Under the pieces are notes generated by a model. The model saw only the letters and a program-made list of their open reading frames with translations. It did no database searches and was not told where the DNA came from. Of a stretch of DNA of 64,000 bases, positions 37,952-47,712 are shown piece after piece. The position numbers were made by a program, and so were the translations under genes. The DNA lies in NCBI GenBank assembly GCA_028820845.1, contig JAPPII010000004.1, positions 20,314 to 84,313 on the forward strand. The letters run 5' to 3'. Source of the stretch: Candidatus Poribacteria bacterium. Lineage in GTDB: Bacteria > Poribacteria > WGA-4E > WGA-3G. Positions within the stretch are counted from its first letter, which is position 1; every line of letters starts with the position of its first letter.

Positions 37952-38321
37952 ATATCATTAAGATTTCCAAAGAGGTGAATAGCGTATCAAACTATAGCCG
38001 ACAGCCAATTGCCAACAGCCAACAGCCACAAAAAAATGTTACACTTTTGGCAAAATTGCGTTTTTTCGCATAACAGAAAATCGAAAGTAAAACGTCTACG
38101 AACCCCGACACCCACTGGGTTCTCTTACGGTATAGGCAACACACCAAATGTACACCGGTGTAACATTAGTGTAACATTTTTAACGCAAATTGCTGAAAAA
38201 TATACCGTTAAGTTAAAACCGTATTCACGCCCGTATGATCCTGTGAATCCTTGAATCCTGTCCATCCGCATTCTGACAATCCGCTGCCAAAATATTTAAA
38301 CACCCCTCCAAAATTTTATAT

Positions 38322-38350
38322 TTGACAAATTTCTGGGAAAAATGTAAAAT
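38322..38350 (+). promoter_or_regulatory. Promoter TTGACA-N17-TAAAAT for the secreted paralogue pair.
   Basis: tTTGACAaatttctgggaaaaatgTAAAATat, 125 nt upstream of the ATG at 38475. Confidence 0.6.
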
Positions 38351-38474
38351 ATACAACAATAAGGCAGGAAACGATTGTAACTTTGCAACAAAAGCGTGTT
38401 AACATCGTTTTGTATAATAGGTGATTGCGCATCGCAATGCGGATTTTTTACACTAACCGATAGGAGATTCTCAC

Positions 38475-39305
38475 ATGAGACTATTTATGACTGTTGCTGG
38501 CGTACTATGCGCTGCAACCCTTGCGCTTCTGGCACCCACAGCCGATGCTGCAAATAAAGTAGATGTGTTCATCTACACGGACACAGTGCAGTGGATCGGT
38601 CAAGCCGCAGCAGTAGAAGAAGCCGAAATACTGGCGGACCTACTTGACGGACAAGACGGAATCGGCGAACTCATCCTTCACGGGCCAGCAAAAACTGTTG
38701 AAGCCTGGACAAAAGACCATACCGTGGACAATGGACACCATCTCATTGTCATGTTCGGTGATGTACCCGTCGAAATTTACGACGTCGGGAAAGATGCCAA
38801 AAAAGAAACCGTCGCCGAGGAGTTCCTTGATGCAGGTAACACCTTCTCGAACAGTGCCGACTACTTTTTCTGGGGACAGGGCGGCAGAAATGAAGAAGCC
38901 GGTATCAAGAATATGATGGATATCCCCAATATGGTGCAGTGGGATGATAATACGGCTATGGAGGTTACCAAAGAGGGGAAAGAACTTACACCCACACTTG
39001 ATGACTACGCGACAGACCGACCCTTCCACGTTGATAAACTTGATGGTGATTGGGTTTTAGAAATCGCATTCGCTTCGGATACTGGAGACCAAAAAGCCGA
39101 CCGCTGTGACCCTTGTATCGTCCACAATACGAAAACGAATGGACGACTCATTCAGGTCTACCAAACCGCTAACCAAGATGACCCGAAAGGCGAAGTTATC
39201 GCCGAAATTATTCTCAACTACTACCTTGAGACTGTCGGCGCCCTTGACGTTGACCCTCAAGATAAACTTCCCGCTTTATGGGGAGATATGAAAAGAAGGA
39301 GATAA
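38475..39305 (+). CDS. Secreted hypothetical protein, paralogue A.
   Basis: Signal peptide MRLFMTVAGVLCAATLALLAPTADA. Shares GRNEEAGIKNMMDI, DRPFHVDKLDGDWVLE and VYQTANQDDPKGEVIAEII blocks with the next ORF. Confidence 0.6.
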   Translation: MRLFMTVAGVLCAATLALLAPTADAANKVDVFIYTDTVQWIGQAAAVEEAEILADLLDGQDGIGELILHGPAKTVEAWTKDHTVDNGHHLIVMFGDVPVEIYDVGKDAKKETVAEEFLDAGNTFSNSADYFFWGQGGRNEEAGIKNMMDIPNMVQWDDNTAMEVTKEGKELTPTLDDYATDRPFHVDKLDGDWVLEIAFASDTGDQKADRCDPCIVHNTKTNGRLIQVYQTANQDDPKGEVIAEIILNYYLETVGALDVDPQDKLPALWGDMKRRR

Positions 39306-39311
39306 CATTTA

Positions 39312-40115
39312 ATGCGAAATATTTTTCTGTCACTCACGCTTATTGCTTTACTGGCACTGCCGCTAACGCCGGTCTTTGCTGCCGGTGAAGTCGCTATCTA
39401 CACAGGTGTCACGCAGTGGATCGGTAAAGCACCCGCCGACGAACAGGCAGAAATCTGTGTCGATATGCTCAACGATGCTGGTATCTCTAACACATGGTAC
39501 GATGCCGAGGCAGATACGGATGCCTTGGCGGATTGGATGGAGAGTGTCACCGGTGATGGTGGACTGGATATCTGTGTCCTCTATGGTGATTTTCCACCAA
39601 GCCTCTACCCAGAAGGTAATACACAAACGGATGGCTCCATTGCCGAAACGTTCATCGAAACCACCGATGGCGATGTGTTCATCAATCACGCCGATTACAT
39701 GTTCTGGGGACTCGCTGGCAGGAACGAAGAAGGCGGGCTAAAGAATATGATGGATATCGACGGGATCACCATGTGGGACGATAACACCGACATGGTTGTC
39801 ACCTCTGAAGGTGCCGCTATCTCTCCTACGCTCACTGATTTCCAATCTGACCGTCCCTTCCACGTCGATGAATTGGAAGGCAATTGGGAAGTCGAAGTTT
39901 CCCTCGCACAGAACGATGACGGCACTCGTGCCGATCCGATTATCGTGCGCGATGGAAACCTTGGTCGACTGATTCCAGTGATACAGACAGCAAACGGCGA
40001 TGAACCGAAAGGCGCAGTTGCCGCTGAAATTATCACCTGGCTCATGGCCACAACGCCGGTCGAACCTGCTGACAAGCTTTCCACAACGTGGGGTGCTTTG
40101 AAAGCAGTCCGATAA
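39312..40115 (+). CDS. Secreted hypothetical protein, paralogue B (tandem duplicate of 38475-39305).
   Basis: Signal peptide MRNIFLSLTLIALLALPLTPVFA. Shares GRNEEGGLKNMMDI, DRPFHVDELEGNWEVE and VIQTANGDEPKGAVAAEII. Confidence 0.6.
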   Translation: MRNIFLSLTLIALLALPLTPVFAAGEVAIYTGVTQWIGKAPADEQAEICVDMLNDAGISNTWYDAEADTDALADWMESVTGDGGLDICVLYGDFPPSLYPEGNTQTDGSIAETFIETTDGDVFINHADYMFWGLAGRNEEGGLKNMMDIDGITMWDDNTDMVVTSEGAAISPTLTDFQSDRPFHVDELEGNWEVEVSLAQNDDGTRADPIIVRDGNLGRLIPVIQTANGDEPKGAVAAEIITWLMATTPVEPADKLSTTWGALKAVR

Positions 40116-40262
40116 GCATGATTTCCAATCTTGATATGCTGTTTATAGGCGCGCTTTATAAGCGCGCCTATCAATAAAAACGCTTGTAGGGGCAGGTCTT
40201 GGGTCTGCCCGCTGTTAATTGAACCGCCCAACCCTATAGAAATACCCACCTATAAATTAGAG

Positions 40263-41135
40263 ATGAGATTTAGAACGTCCAACATCTTGTTTACACTCTC
40301 GCTGCTTTTGTTGTTGATACCAGCTTGTCACGATCCAATAGAGTCCCCTCTCGTTGGCACCCTTCCTATTGAAACCATCACGACACCTAAAGACAATGCC
40401 GTCATGGTTTATGTCCCTGCTGGCGAGTTCCTCATGGGCACCAGTGATGCAGAGATTGAACACTACAAAGAAATCTTTCCGCTCCGTGACACTGCCCGAT
40501 ATGACAATGAACGTCCGCAGCGTACCGTCTATCTTGATGCCTTCTACATCGACAAGTTTGAGGTGACAAACCGACAATACAAACAGTTTCTCAGCGAAAC
40601 GGATTATGAACCAGAACACTATCTTGATCGCCTTCCGTATAATGCTCCCGACCTTCCTGCCGTTGTCTTGAAATGGGAAGATGCCGTCGCGTATACGGTG
40701 TGGGCAGGCAAGCGGTTGCCTACCGAGGCGGAGTGGGAGAAAGCCGCACGCGGCACAGATGGACGCACCTGGCCCTGGGGCAATGTGTTTGACGATACAA
40801 AACTCAGTGGTAACGATGGCAGAGGACACAGAGATGGTTATAAAGAAACCGCACCTGTCGGACAGTTCCCGCAAGGCGCGAGTCCCTACGGCGCACACGA
40901 TATGGCGGGCAATCTCTGGGAATGGGTCTCGGATTGGTACGATCCAAACTATTACCGCACCAACCCTCCGAATGTCAATCCACAAGGCCCCGAAACCGGC
41001 GATGGTCACGTTCTAAAAGGTGGTGGTTGGGCGGAAAATTTGGATTTCACCCGATGCGCCAGCCGACTCGGTGGAGAGCCTGGCTCCCTCTTACGCGGGT
41101 TTCGGTGCGTAATGGATGCACCCTTTGGAGAATAG
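40263..41135 (+). CDS. Formylglycine-generating-enzyme family protein (SUMF1/EgtB/PvdO fold), lipoprotein.
   Basis: Lipobox LLLLIPACHD. ...RVIRGGSW-type core (HVLKGGGWAEN) and GNLWEWVSDWYDPNYY, typical of the FGE-sulfatase domain. Confidence 0.8.
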   Translation: MRFRTSNILFTLSLLLLLIPACHDPIESPLVGTLPIETITTPKDNAVMVYVPAGEFLMGTSDAEIEHYKEIFPLRDTARYDNERPQRTVYLDAFYIDKFEVTNRQYKQFLSETDYEPEHYLDRLPYNAPDLPAVVLKWEDAVAYTVWAGKRLPTEAEWEKAARGTDGRTWPWGNVFDDTKLSGNDGRGHRDGYKETAPVGQFPQGASPYGAHDMAGNLWEWVSDWYDPNYYRTNPPNVNPQGPETGDGHVLKGGGWAENLDFTRCASRLGGEPGSLLRGFRCVMDAPFGE

Positions 41136-41152
41136 CATTCTCAAACACGCAC

Positions 41153-41181
41153 TTGACAATCCTCTCGTAAATGCGTATAAT
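41153..41181 (+). promoter_or_regulatory. Perfect consensus promoter TTGACA-N17-TATAAT.
   Basis: cTTGACAatcctctcgtaaatgcgTATAATag, upstream of the TTG start at 41206. Confidence 0.6.
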
Positions 41182-41205
41182 AGATAAGCGTGGGAGGGTT
41201 GGCTA

Positions 41206-41679
41206 TTGAAACGGATTGTCACGCACGCAGACCCAGACCTTGACGCGATTGTGAGTGCTTGGATTGCCCAAGATTTTCTCTTTCAGGCACACGCATCAGA
41301 GGTCTTGTTTGTGAACCGAAAAGTGCCAGAAAAACTCATGCAGCATGCCGATTGCTTGGTGGATGTTGGGAACGTCTATTGTCCTGAAAACTATCGGTTT
41401 GATCACAAACCCCCCGCATTTGAGAACAGAAATAGCACGTGTGCGGCGCGGCTCATCTATGAGTATCTGTTAGGTACCGATGTTGCTGTCAAACACCTTG
41501 CGCATTTGGTAGAGATAACTTATCAAGGCGATACACACCGGAATTCAGAAGCACTCAAACAGAGTCGGATTGATGGACCGCATGCGAAATTAAAGCAGTT
41601 AAAAACAGAATATGAGGACACAGCAGCGGTCTATCAACAGATGGTTCTTTGGCTAAGGAGTTATACAAAAGACTTATGA
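41206..41679 (+). CDS. Small hypothetical protein with a DHH-motif-I-like N-terminus.
   Basis: IVTHADPDLDAIVSAWIA resembles DHH phosphoesterase motif I. Too short for a complete DHH/DHHA1 enzyme. Confidence 0.3.
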   Translation: MKRIVTHADPDLDAIVSAWIAQDFLFQAHASEVLFVNRKVPEKLMQHADCLVDVGNVYCPENYRFDHKPPAFENRNSTCAARLIYEYLLGTDVAVKHLAHLVEITYQGDTHRNSEALKQSRIDGPHAKLKQLKTEYEDTAAVYQQMVLWLRSYTKDL

Positions 41680-42983
41680 AGAAATTTAGATGTTTACTCG
41701 TCGTCCTGTTTGTCATCGCAGGATTCGCTGGCGCAGATGAATGGCATCAATGGCGTGGCGAAAATCGCGAAGGCGTTTGGATGGAAACGGGGATTATTGA
41801 AGCGTTTGAAGGTTCAGAGATTCCAATCCGGTGGCGTGTACCTATCAGTAGCGGTTATAGCGGACCAACTGTCGCCGATGGACGTGTCTACGTCACCGAT
41901 AAACTGATGAAACCGAAGCAGGTTGAACGCGTACACTGCTTTGACTGGGAAACGGGAGAGAAGCTCTGGTCTTACACCTACGATTGCGTCTATAAAATCG
42001 ACTACGCCGCTGGACCCCGCGCAACTGTGACTGTGCATGGCGGACTTGCCTACGCCTTGGGTGCAATGGGACATCTCCACTGTTTTGACGCTACCACAGG
42101 TGAAGTCATCTGGAAAAAGGATCTCAATACCGAATACAATATTGAGATGCCTATCTGGGGGATCGCAAGCGCACCGCTGGTGGAAGGTGAACATCTCATC
42201 GTTCAAATCGGAGGTACACCGGAGGCGTGTATTGTTGCCTTTGACCGAAAAACCGGGGAAGAAAAATGGAGAGCCGTGGACGATACCGCCTCTTATTCGG
42301 CACCCATTATCATTACACACGCCGGTCAACGGGTTTTAATCTCTTGGACAGGGAATAACATTGCTGCGCTCGACCCAGAAACCGGAACAGTCCATTGGCT
42401 CTATTCATTTCCTTCTACCCGTTGGGAGATCGGCATTGCAACCCCAATTTTCTATGAGAATGAATTGTTTTTCACAAACTTCTATGAAGGTTCGCTGCTC
42501 CTGAAATTGGCACCAGATAGTTTAGATGTCGAACTCGCATGGCACCGAACGGGTAAAGATGAGCGGAATACAGAGGCGATTCAGACGACGATGTCAACCC
42601 CGGTTCGGGTTGGTCATTATATTTACGGTGTAGATAGCTACGGTGAATTCCGTTGTATTGATGCCCGAAATGGCGATCGGATTTGGGAAGACCTCTCCGC
42701 CGTGCCGACAGCACGCTGGAGCACTATCCATTCTGTCAAACATCCCGCAGCGTCAGAAAACAGAGTCTGGATGTTCAACGAACGCGGCGAACTGCTCATC
42801 ACAGACCTCACGCCTGAAGGATTGAATATCGTCAGTCGTGCTAAACTGATTGAACCGACGCGGGATCAACTGAACCGCAGAGGCGGCGTTACATGGGCAC
42901 ACCCCGCTTATGCCTATAAACACGTCTTCGCACGGAACGACGAAGAACTTATTTGTGCAAACTTAGCAAAAACCAAAAAATAG
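41676..42983 (+). CDS. PQQ-like beta-propeller repeat protein (BamB-like fold), secreted.
   Basis: Signal peptide MKKFRCLLVVLFVIAGFAGA. ADEWHQWRGENREGVW opening motif. Repeated ...DG.VY.....G.L.A.D..TG...W blades. Confidence 0.75.
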   Translation: MKKFRCLLVVLFVIAGFAGADEWHQWRGENREGVWMETGIIEAFEGSEIPIRWRVPISSGYSGPTVADGRVYVTDKLMKPKQVERVHCFDWETGEKLWSYTYDCVYKIDYAAGPRATVTVHGGLAYALGAMGHLHCFDATTGEVIWKKDLNTEYNIEMPIWGIASAPLVEGEHLIVQIGGTPEACIVAFDRKTGEEKWRAVDDTASYSAPIIITHAGQRVLISWTGNNIAALDPETGTVHWLYSFPSTRWEIGIATPIFYENELFFTNFYEGSLLLKLAPDSLDVELAWHRTGKDERNTEAIQTTMSTPVRVGHYIYGVDSYGEFRCIDARNGDRIWEDLSAVPTARWSTIHSVKHPAASENRVWMFNERGELLITDLTPEGLNIVSRAKLIEPTRDQLNRRGGVTWAHPAYAYKHVFARNDEELICANLAKTKK

Positions 42984-42985
42984 TT

Positions 42986-43108
42986 GGGATTTACGCAGAG
43001 TTCTCTTTTGTAGCATAACCTGTTAGGTTGTGCCATCCAAATGTCTCTATTCGTCCAGAAATCTCTATCTCACAAAATGCTGGACAGTCAAAATTGCGTA
43101 AGTCCTGA
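42986..43108. repeat. MITE-like element (gggatttacgca ... tgcgtaagtcctga).
   Basis: Terminal inverted repeats as in the other copies. The internal portion is related to the 15781-15900 copy. Confidence 0.7.
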
Positions 43109-43135
43109 TAGTATAAAAACCACGGAGGCAAAATA

Positions 43136-46129
43136 TTGGAAACCAGTCGGATGCCGGACGTAAAATTACATCCCGGCGAACAACTGCACGGCTTTGAGGT
43201 AAAAGCCGTCACGCCAATTGAGGAATTACGAGCAGTAACGATTGAATTGGCACATCAACACAGTGGCGCACGCCTGCTACATATCTATACGAACGACACT
43301 GAAAATCTTTTCTCCATTAATTTCCCGACCCCGCCATCGGATGATACCGGGGTCCCGCATATCCTTGAGCATGCCGTCTTGGCAGGATCACACAAATTTC
43401 CGGTGAAAGAGCCGTTCTTTGAAATGATTAAAATGAGCATGGCGACCTTTATCAACGCCATGACAAGTTCCGATTTCACCTGTTATCCGGTATCGAGCAA
43501 CGTGAAAAAAGATCTCTTCAACTTGGCGGAAGTCTACTTTGACGCGGTCTTCCATCCATTACTGACTGAAAACACCTTCAAGCGCGAAGGACATCATCTC
43601 GCACCCGTTGATCCTGATGATCCGATAGGCGATTTAAAAATAACAGGCATCGTCTATAACGAGATGAAAGGCGCATTCTCGGACCCAGAAGCCTGTTTAT
43701 ACCGTTCTGTGATGAGACGACTCCTCCCGGATACGCTTTACGCCAATGAATCCGGCGGTGATCCAGATGCCATTCCCGATCTGACCTACACGCAGCTGAA
43801 GGGATTTCACGAAACCTATTATCATCCAAGCAACGGCTATTTCGTTCTTTACGGCGATATTCCAACGAGCGACTATCTCACCTTCCTTGCCGATAGGTTA
43901 GATAATATCCCGAAGAATGCAGCAAGTACGGTGCTACGTCCACTACGTCCAGAGGTCACACACCAACCGAGATGGGACGCGCCACGGACAGCAACGGATA
44001 CCTATCCTGTTGGTGCTGATGAACCGCTCACGGAAAAAACGTATCTAATGCTCAGTTGGCTCATCGGAGACGCGACCAATCCGGAAGAGGCGGTTCTTGG
44101 TCGTATTATGAGCCTCATTCTGCTCGGTAACGAAGCCGCACCGCTCCGTAAAGCGATTATTGATGCCAAACTCGGTGCGGACATTGTTTTCTCCGGCGCA
44201 AGTTCTATCGGACCAGAAGCCACTTTTTACCTCGCACTCAAAGGGAGTGAAGCCGATCGCCTTGAAGCCTTTAGTCAATTGGTCGTTGATACCCTAACAG
44301 AGATTGTTGATTCAGAGATTGATAGCGAAAAAGTTGAAGCAGCATTCCAGCAAGCGACTTACCACTACCAAGAAGTCGCCTCGATGTTCCCGCTCCGCAT
44401 GCTCTACCGAGTCATTGAGGGATGGATATATGAGAAGGATTCGGACACCTTCCTGAAGATGGGTCAAACGCTTGATACGGTTCGTCAGCAGTGGCAAGAG
44501 AATCCATCAATTTTCAATGAATTTATCCGAGAGAGGCTTATCGAAAACCCCCACCGTCTCGCCAGTATACTATCGCCAGATCGGGACATGCAGGGAAAGA
44601 TTGAGGCTGAACTCGCAGAACGGATGAAAGAAACACGCGCACAACTGACAGATGAACAAGTCCAGCAAATCGCTGCGGATGCCGCGGAACTGGAGCGTCT
44701 CAATGGTGTTCCCAATTCACCGGAAGCGTTGGCAGGGCTGCCGCAGCTTCAGGTCAGTGATCTCCCTGAAAAACCGAGACATATTCCGACGACGGTTGAA
44801 AGTATCGGCGGACAGGAGCTGCTACGCAACGATGTTTTTGCCAACGGTGTTAACTACCTCGTGTTGAACTTCGATTTGCAAGGATTACCGGAACATCTCT
44901 GGACGTATTTTCCCAGATACGCAGATGCGATTAGCAAACTCGGTGCTGCCGATATGAATTACGAAGAGATGGCACAACGAACATCAGCCGTCACTGGCGG
45001 GATTGGATGCTCACCCTGGTTTTCTACGCACGCACGGGATGCGGATCGGGCCTTGCGAGGTCTATCCTTTCATCTCAAAGCACTTGATAATAAAATAGAT
45101 GCTGCGCTCGATGTTCTGCATGACCTGCTATTTGCTGTGAACCCACGCGATACGGAGCGCCTTCGGGATGTCCTGCTCCAAGCCGTTGCGGAATATCGCA
45201 CGGAGATGATTCACGACGGTTCAAGTACGGCGATTCATCACGCTTCACGGGGGCTTTCATCAAATGCACATCTCGCGGAATTAATCTATGGGCTGCCACA
45301 ACTCCGCAACAGCGAAACCCTTCTCAACGGATTCGACGAACTTAATGCCGACCTTATGGGTCATATAGAAGGGATACGCGATTTCTTGCTGACGCGTGGA
45401 CGGGTAACCGCCAGTTTCACGGGTTCGGATACCGCTTTTGAAACCACGCGGACGAAACTCGGGGTGTGGCTTGACGCGATGGGAGATGAACCGGTGACCT
45501 CGCAACCCATTGCGTTTCAGCAGTTTGAGATACCCCCAAGAGAGGGATTAGCGGGTCCCATTCAGATTGCGCACTGTGCACACGTAATGCCAGCGCCGCA
45601 CTATTCACATCCGGATTCAACGCTCTTGACGATCGGGGCGCATCTCATTCGACTCGATTACATACTCAGTGAAATCCGTTTTAAAGGCAATGCTTACGGT
45701 GCAAGGTTCACCTATAGTCCTTATGATGCCGTGCTGTGTCAGTCCTCGTTCCGTGATCCGCATGTTGCACGGACGATCAACGTCTTTGAACAGACTGTTG
45801 ACTACGTTAAACAGATAGAATGGACACAGACGGACATAGACCGAGCAATCATTGCTACGGCGAAGGATGGTGAGAAACCGATTCGTCCAAGTCAAGCCGC
45901 AAGCAGTGCGCTGAGTCAACATCTCGTTGGGCAGACGCGCGAGATGCGAGAGGAACGCTACGCGCAACTCCGCCGTGCAACGCCGACTGAGGTCAAACGG
46001 GCACTCCTTCAGCTCTTAGAAGAAAACCGAGATAAAGCGGCGGTGTGTGCCGTTTCCAGTCGTGAGAAACTGGAAGCCGCAAACGCTGAATTGGCACAAC
46101 CGCTTGTTATTGAAGACATTTTAACCTAA
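43136..46129 (+). CDS. M16-family zinc metallopeptidase (pitrilysin/PreP-like, about 1000 aa).
   Basis: Inverted zinc motif HILEHAVLAGSHKFP (HxxEH). Four M16 half-domains can be inferred from the length. The start is TTG at 43136 or ATG at 43151. Confidence 0.85.
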   Translation: METSRMPDVKLHPGEQLHGFEVKAVTPIEELRAVTIELAHQHSGARLLHIYTNDTENLFSINFPTPPSDDTGVPHILEHAVLAGSHKFPVKEPFFEMIKMSMATFINAMTSSDFTCYPVSSNVKKDLFNLAEVYFDAVFHPLLTENTFKREGHHLAPVDPDDPIGDLKITGIVYNEMKGAFSDPEACLYRSVMRRLLPDTLYANESGGDPDAIPDLTYTQLKGFHETYYHPSNGYFVLYGDIPTSDYLTFLADRLDNIPKNAASTVLRPLRPEVTHQPRWDAPRTATDTYPVGADEPLTEKTYLMLSWLIGDATNPEEAVLGRIMSLILLGNEAAPLRKAIIDAKLGADIVFSGASSIGPEATFYLALKGSEADRLEAFSQLVVDTLTEIVDSEIDSEKVEAAFQQATYHYQEVASMFPLRMLYRVIEGWIYEKDSDTFLKMGQTLDTVRQQWQENPSIFNEFIRERLIENPHRLASILSPDRDMQGKIEAELAERMKETRAQLTDEQVQQIAADAAELERLNGVPNSPEALAGLPQLQVSDLPEKPRHIPTTVESIGGQELLRNDVFANGVNYLVLNFDLQGLPEHLWTYFPRYADAISKLGAADMNYEEMAQRTSAVTGGIGCSPWFSTHARDADRALRGLSFHLKALDNKIDAALDVLHDLLFAVNPRDTERLRDVLLQAVAEYRTEMIHDGSSTAIHHASRGLSSNAHLAELIYGLPQLRNSETLLNGFDELNADLMGHIEGIRDFLLTRGRVTASFTGSDTAFETTRTKLGVWLDAMGDEPVTSQPIAFQQFEIPPREGLAGPIQIAHCAHVMPAPHYSHPDSTLLTIGAHLIRLDYILSEIRFKGNAYGARFTYSPYDAVLCQSSFRDPHVARTINVFEQTVDYVKQIEWTQTDIDRAIIATAKDGEKPIRPSQAASSALSQHLVGQTREMREERYAQLRRATPTEVKRALLQLLEENRDKAAVCAVSSREKLEAANAELAQPLVIEDILT

Positions 46130-46160
46130 ATCATAAGGCAGTCGGCAGACTGATAATTGT

Positions 46161-46273
46161 AGGACTTACGCACCCCACTGGTAGGGTTTTTGCTTGGGTG
46201 TTTCTTCACGGTTTCCAAACGCACCGAATCTTGTGAAAATAGGCAAAATTCAGTCATTTTGCGTAAGTCCTGA
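46161..46273. repeat. MITE-like element (aggacttacgcac ... ttttgcgtaagtcctga).
   Basis: Its interior is related to 63340-63410. Confidence 0.7.
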
Positions 46274-46289
46274 ATTGATAAGGAGGATG

Positions 46290-47627
46290 AAAATTAAAAT
46301 GGTAAAAAGAATTGCACTCTTGACGATCTGTATCTTTGCTTTAGCGGCGATTGCGTTGATAGCGTCACAACCTGACGGTTTTGAGAAAAATTGGCATCAC
46401 TGGCGCGGTCCGTATGCTACGGGGGTCGCAGTAGATGCGAATCCGCCCATCACGTGGAGTGAGACCGAAAATGTGCGTTGGAAAATCGCTGTTCCGGGCG
46501 TAGGGCATGCCACACCAATCATCTGGGGAGACAAAATCTTCGTCCAAACGGCTGTTGAAGGTACAAAAGCAGAATCTGAAGACGACGACAATCCATTCGG
46601 CGGTTTCTTTGGCGGAAGGGATGACGGTCCGATATATAAATTTACCCTTCTCGCTATTAGTCGGAGTGATGGCAGCGTGCTTTGGCAGAAGACGCTTCGA
46701 GCAATAGTGCCTCATGAGGGAACACATCGAGATGCAACCTACGCTTCAAATTCGCCGGTCACCGATGGTGAATTCGTCTACGCCTACTTCGGTTCACGTG
46801 GGCTTTATTGTGTGGATATGGACGGCAACGTGAAATGGGAAAAAGACGTTGGTATGATGTATAAAAGCAATACCTTTGGTGAAGGCAGTTCCCCAGTTCT
46901 CTACGACAACACGCTCGTTATCGTGCAGGACCATGAGCGTGATTCCTTCATTACTGCGTTCGACAAGCGGACCGGGGATGTCTTGTGGAAAACCGATCGC
47001 AACGAAAGAACGACGTGGTTCTCTCCGATTGTTGCTGAACACGATGGGAAACCACAGGTGATTACGACTGGCACAAATCGTGTCCGTGGTTACGATCTCG
47101 CAACGGGTAAACTGTTGTGGGAAGGCGACGGCTTAACTCGCAATGCTATTCCTTCACCGGTTGCTGCAGGTGAATTCGTTTACCTCATGAGTGGTTTCCG
47201 AGGCAATGTCTTGCAGGCAGTTTCCCTCGCCTCTGCAGCGGGAGATATTAACGACTCGGATGCTATCGCATGGGAATTTAATCGCGATACACCCTATGTG
47301 CCATCACCCCTCCTCTCTGACGGTATACTTTACTTCCTGAAAAGCAATGACGGTATCCTGTCCGCTTTCAATACCGAAACCGGAGAGGCACATTATGGAC
47401 CGGTACGGCTCAAAGGTGTTTCTGGCGTTTATGCCTCTATTGTTGGCGCGGCGGATCGTCTTTACGTTGCTGGACGGAATGGGGTCGTGAACGTTGTTCA
47501 ACAGGGTCCCGAATTTAAAATCTTGGCAGAAAATACTTTGGACGATAGTTTCAACGCATCGCCAGCGATTGTAGGGAACGAGTTATACCTCCGCGGTGGG
47601 AAGTATCTCTATTGTATCGCGGAGTAA
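46290..47627 (+). CDS. PQQ-like beta-propeller repeat protein, paralogue of 41676-42983.
   Basis: RBS aaggagg, then MKIKMVKRIALLTICIFALAAIALIAS signal peptide. NWHHWRGPYATGVA opening motif. Confidence 0.75.
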   Translation, partial: KIKMVKRIALLTICIFALAAIALIASQPDGFEKNWHHWRGPYATGVAVDANPPITWSETENVRWKIAVPGVGHATPIIWGDKIFVQTAVEGTKAESEDDDNPFGGFFGGRDDGPIYKFTLLAISRSDGSVLWQKTLRAIVPHEGTHRDATYASNSPVTDGEFVYAYFGSRGLYCVDMDGNVKWEKDVGMMYKSNTFGEGSSPVLYDNTLVIVQDHERDSFITAFDKRTGDVLWKTDRNERTTWFSPIVAEHDGKPQVITTGTNRVRGYDLATGKLLWEGDGLTRNAIPSPVAAGEFVYLMSGFRGNVLQAVSLASAAGDINDSDAIAWEFNRDTPYVPSPLLSDGILYFLKSNDGILSAFNTETGEAHYGPVRLKGVSGVYASIVGAADRLYVAGRNGVVNVVQQGPEFKILAENTLDDSFNASPAIVGNELYLRGGKYLYCIAE

Positions 47628-47712
47628 GTAGCAATTAGCAGTCAGCAGTCAGCAAATCAACGGTATGAATGCCTTATGGCATTCCCCGGGATTGCTGACC
47701 GCTGACCGCTAT

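Noticed and set aside
41206-41679. DHH phosphoesterase (NrnA-like)
   Set aside because: Only motif-I-like residues (HADPDLDAIVSA) are present. At 157 aa it is too short for DHH plus DHHA1. It is kept as hypothetical with low confidence.
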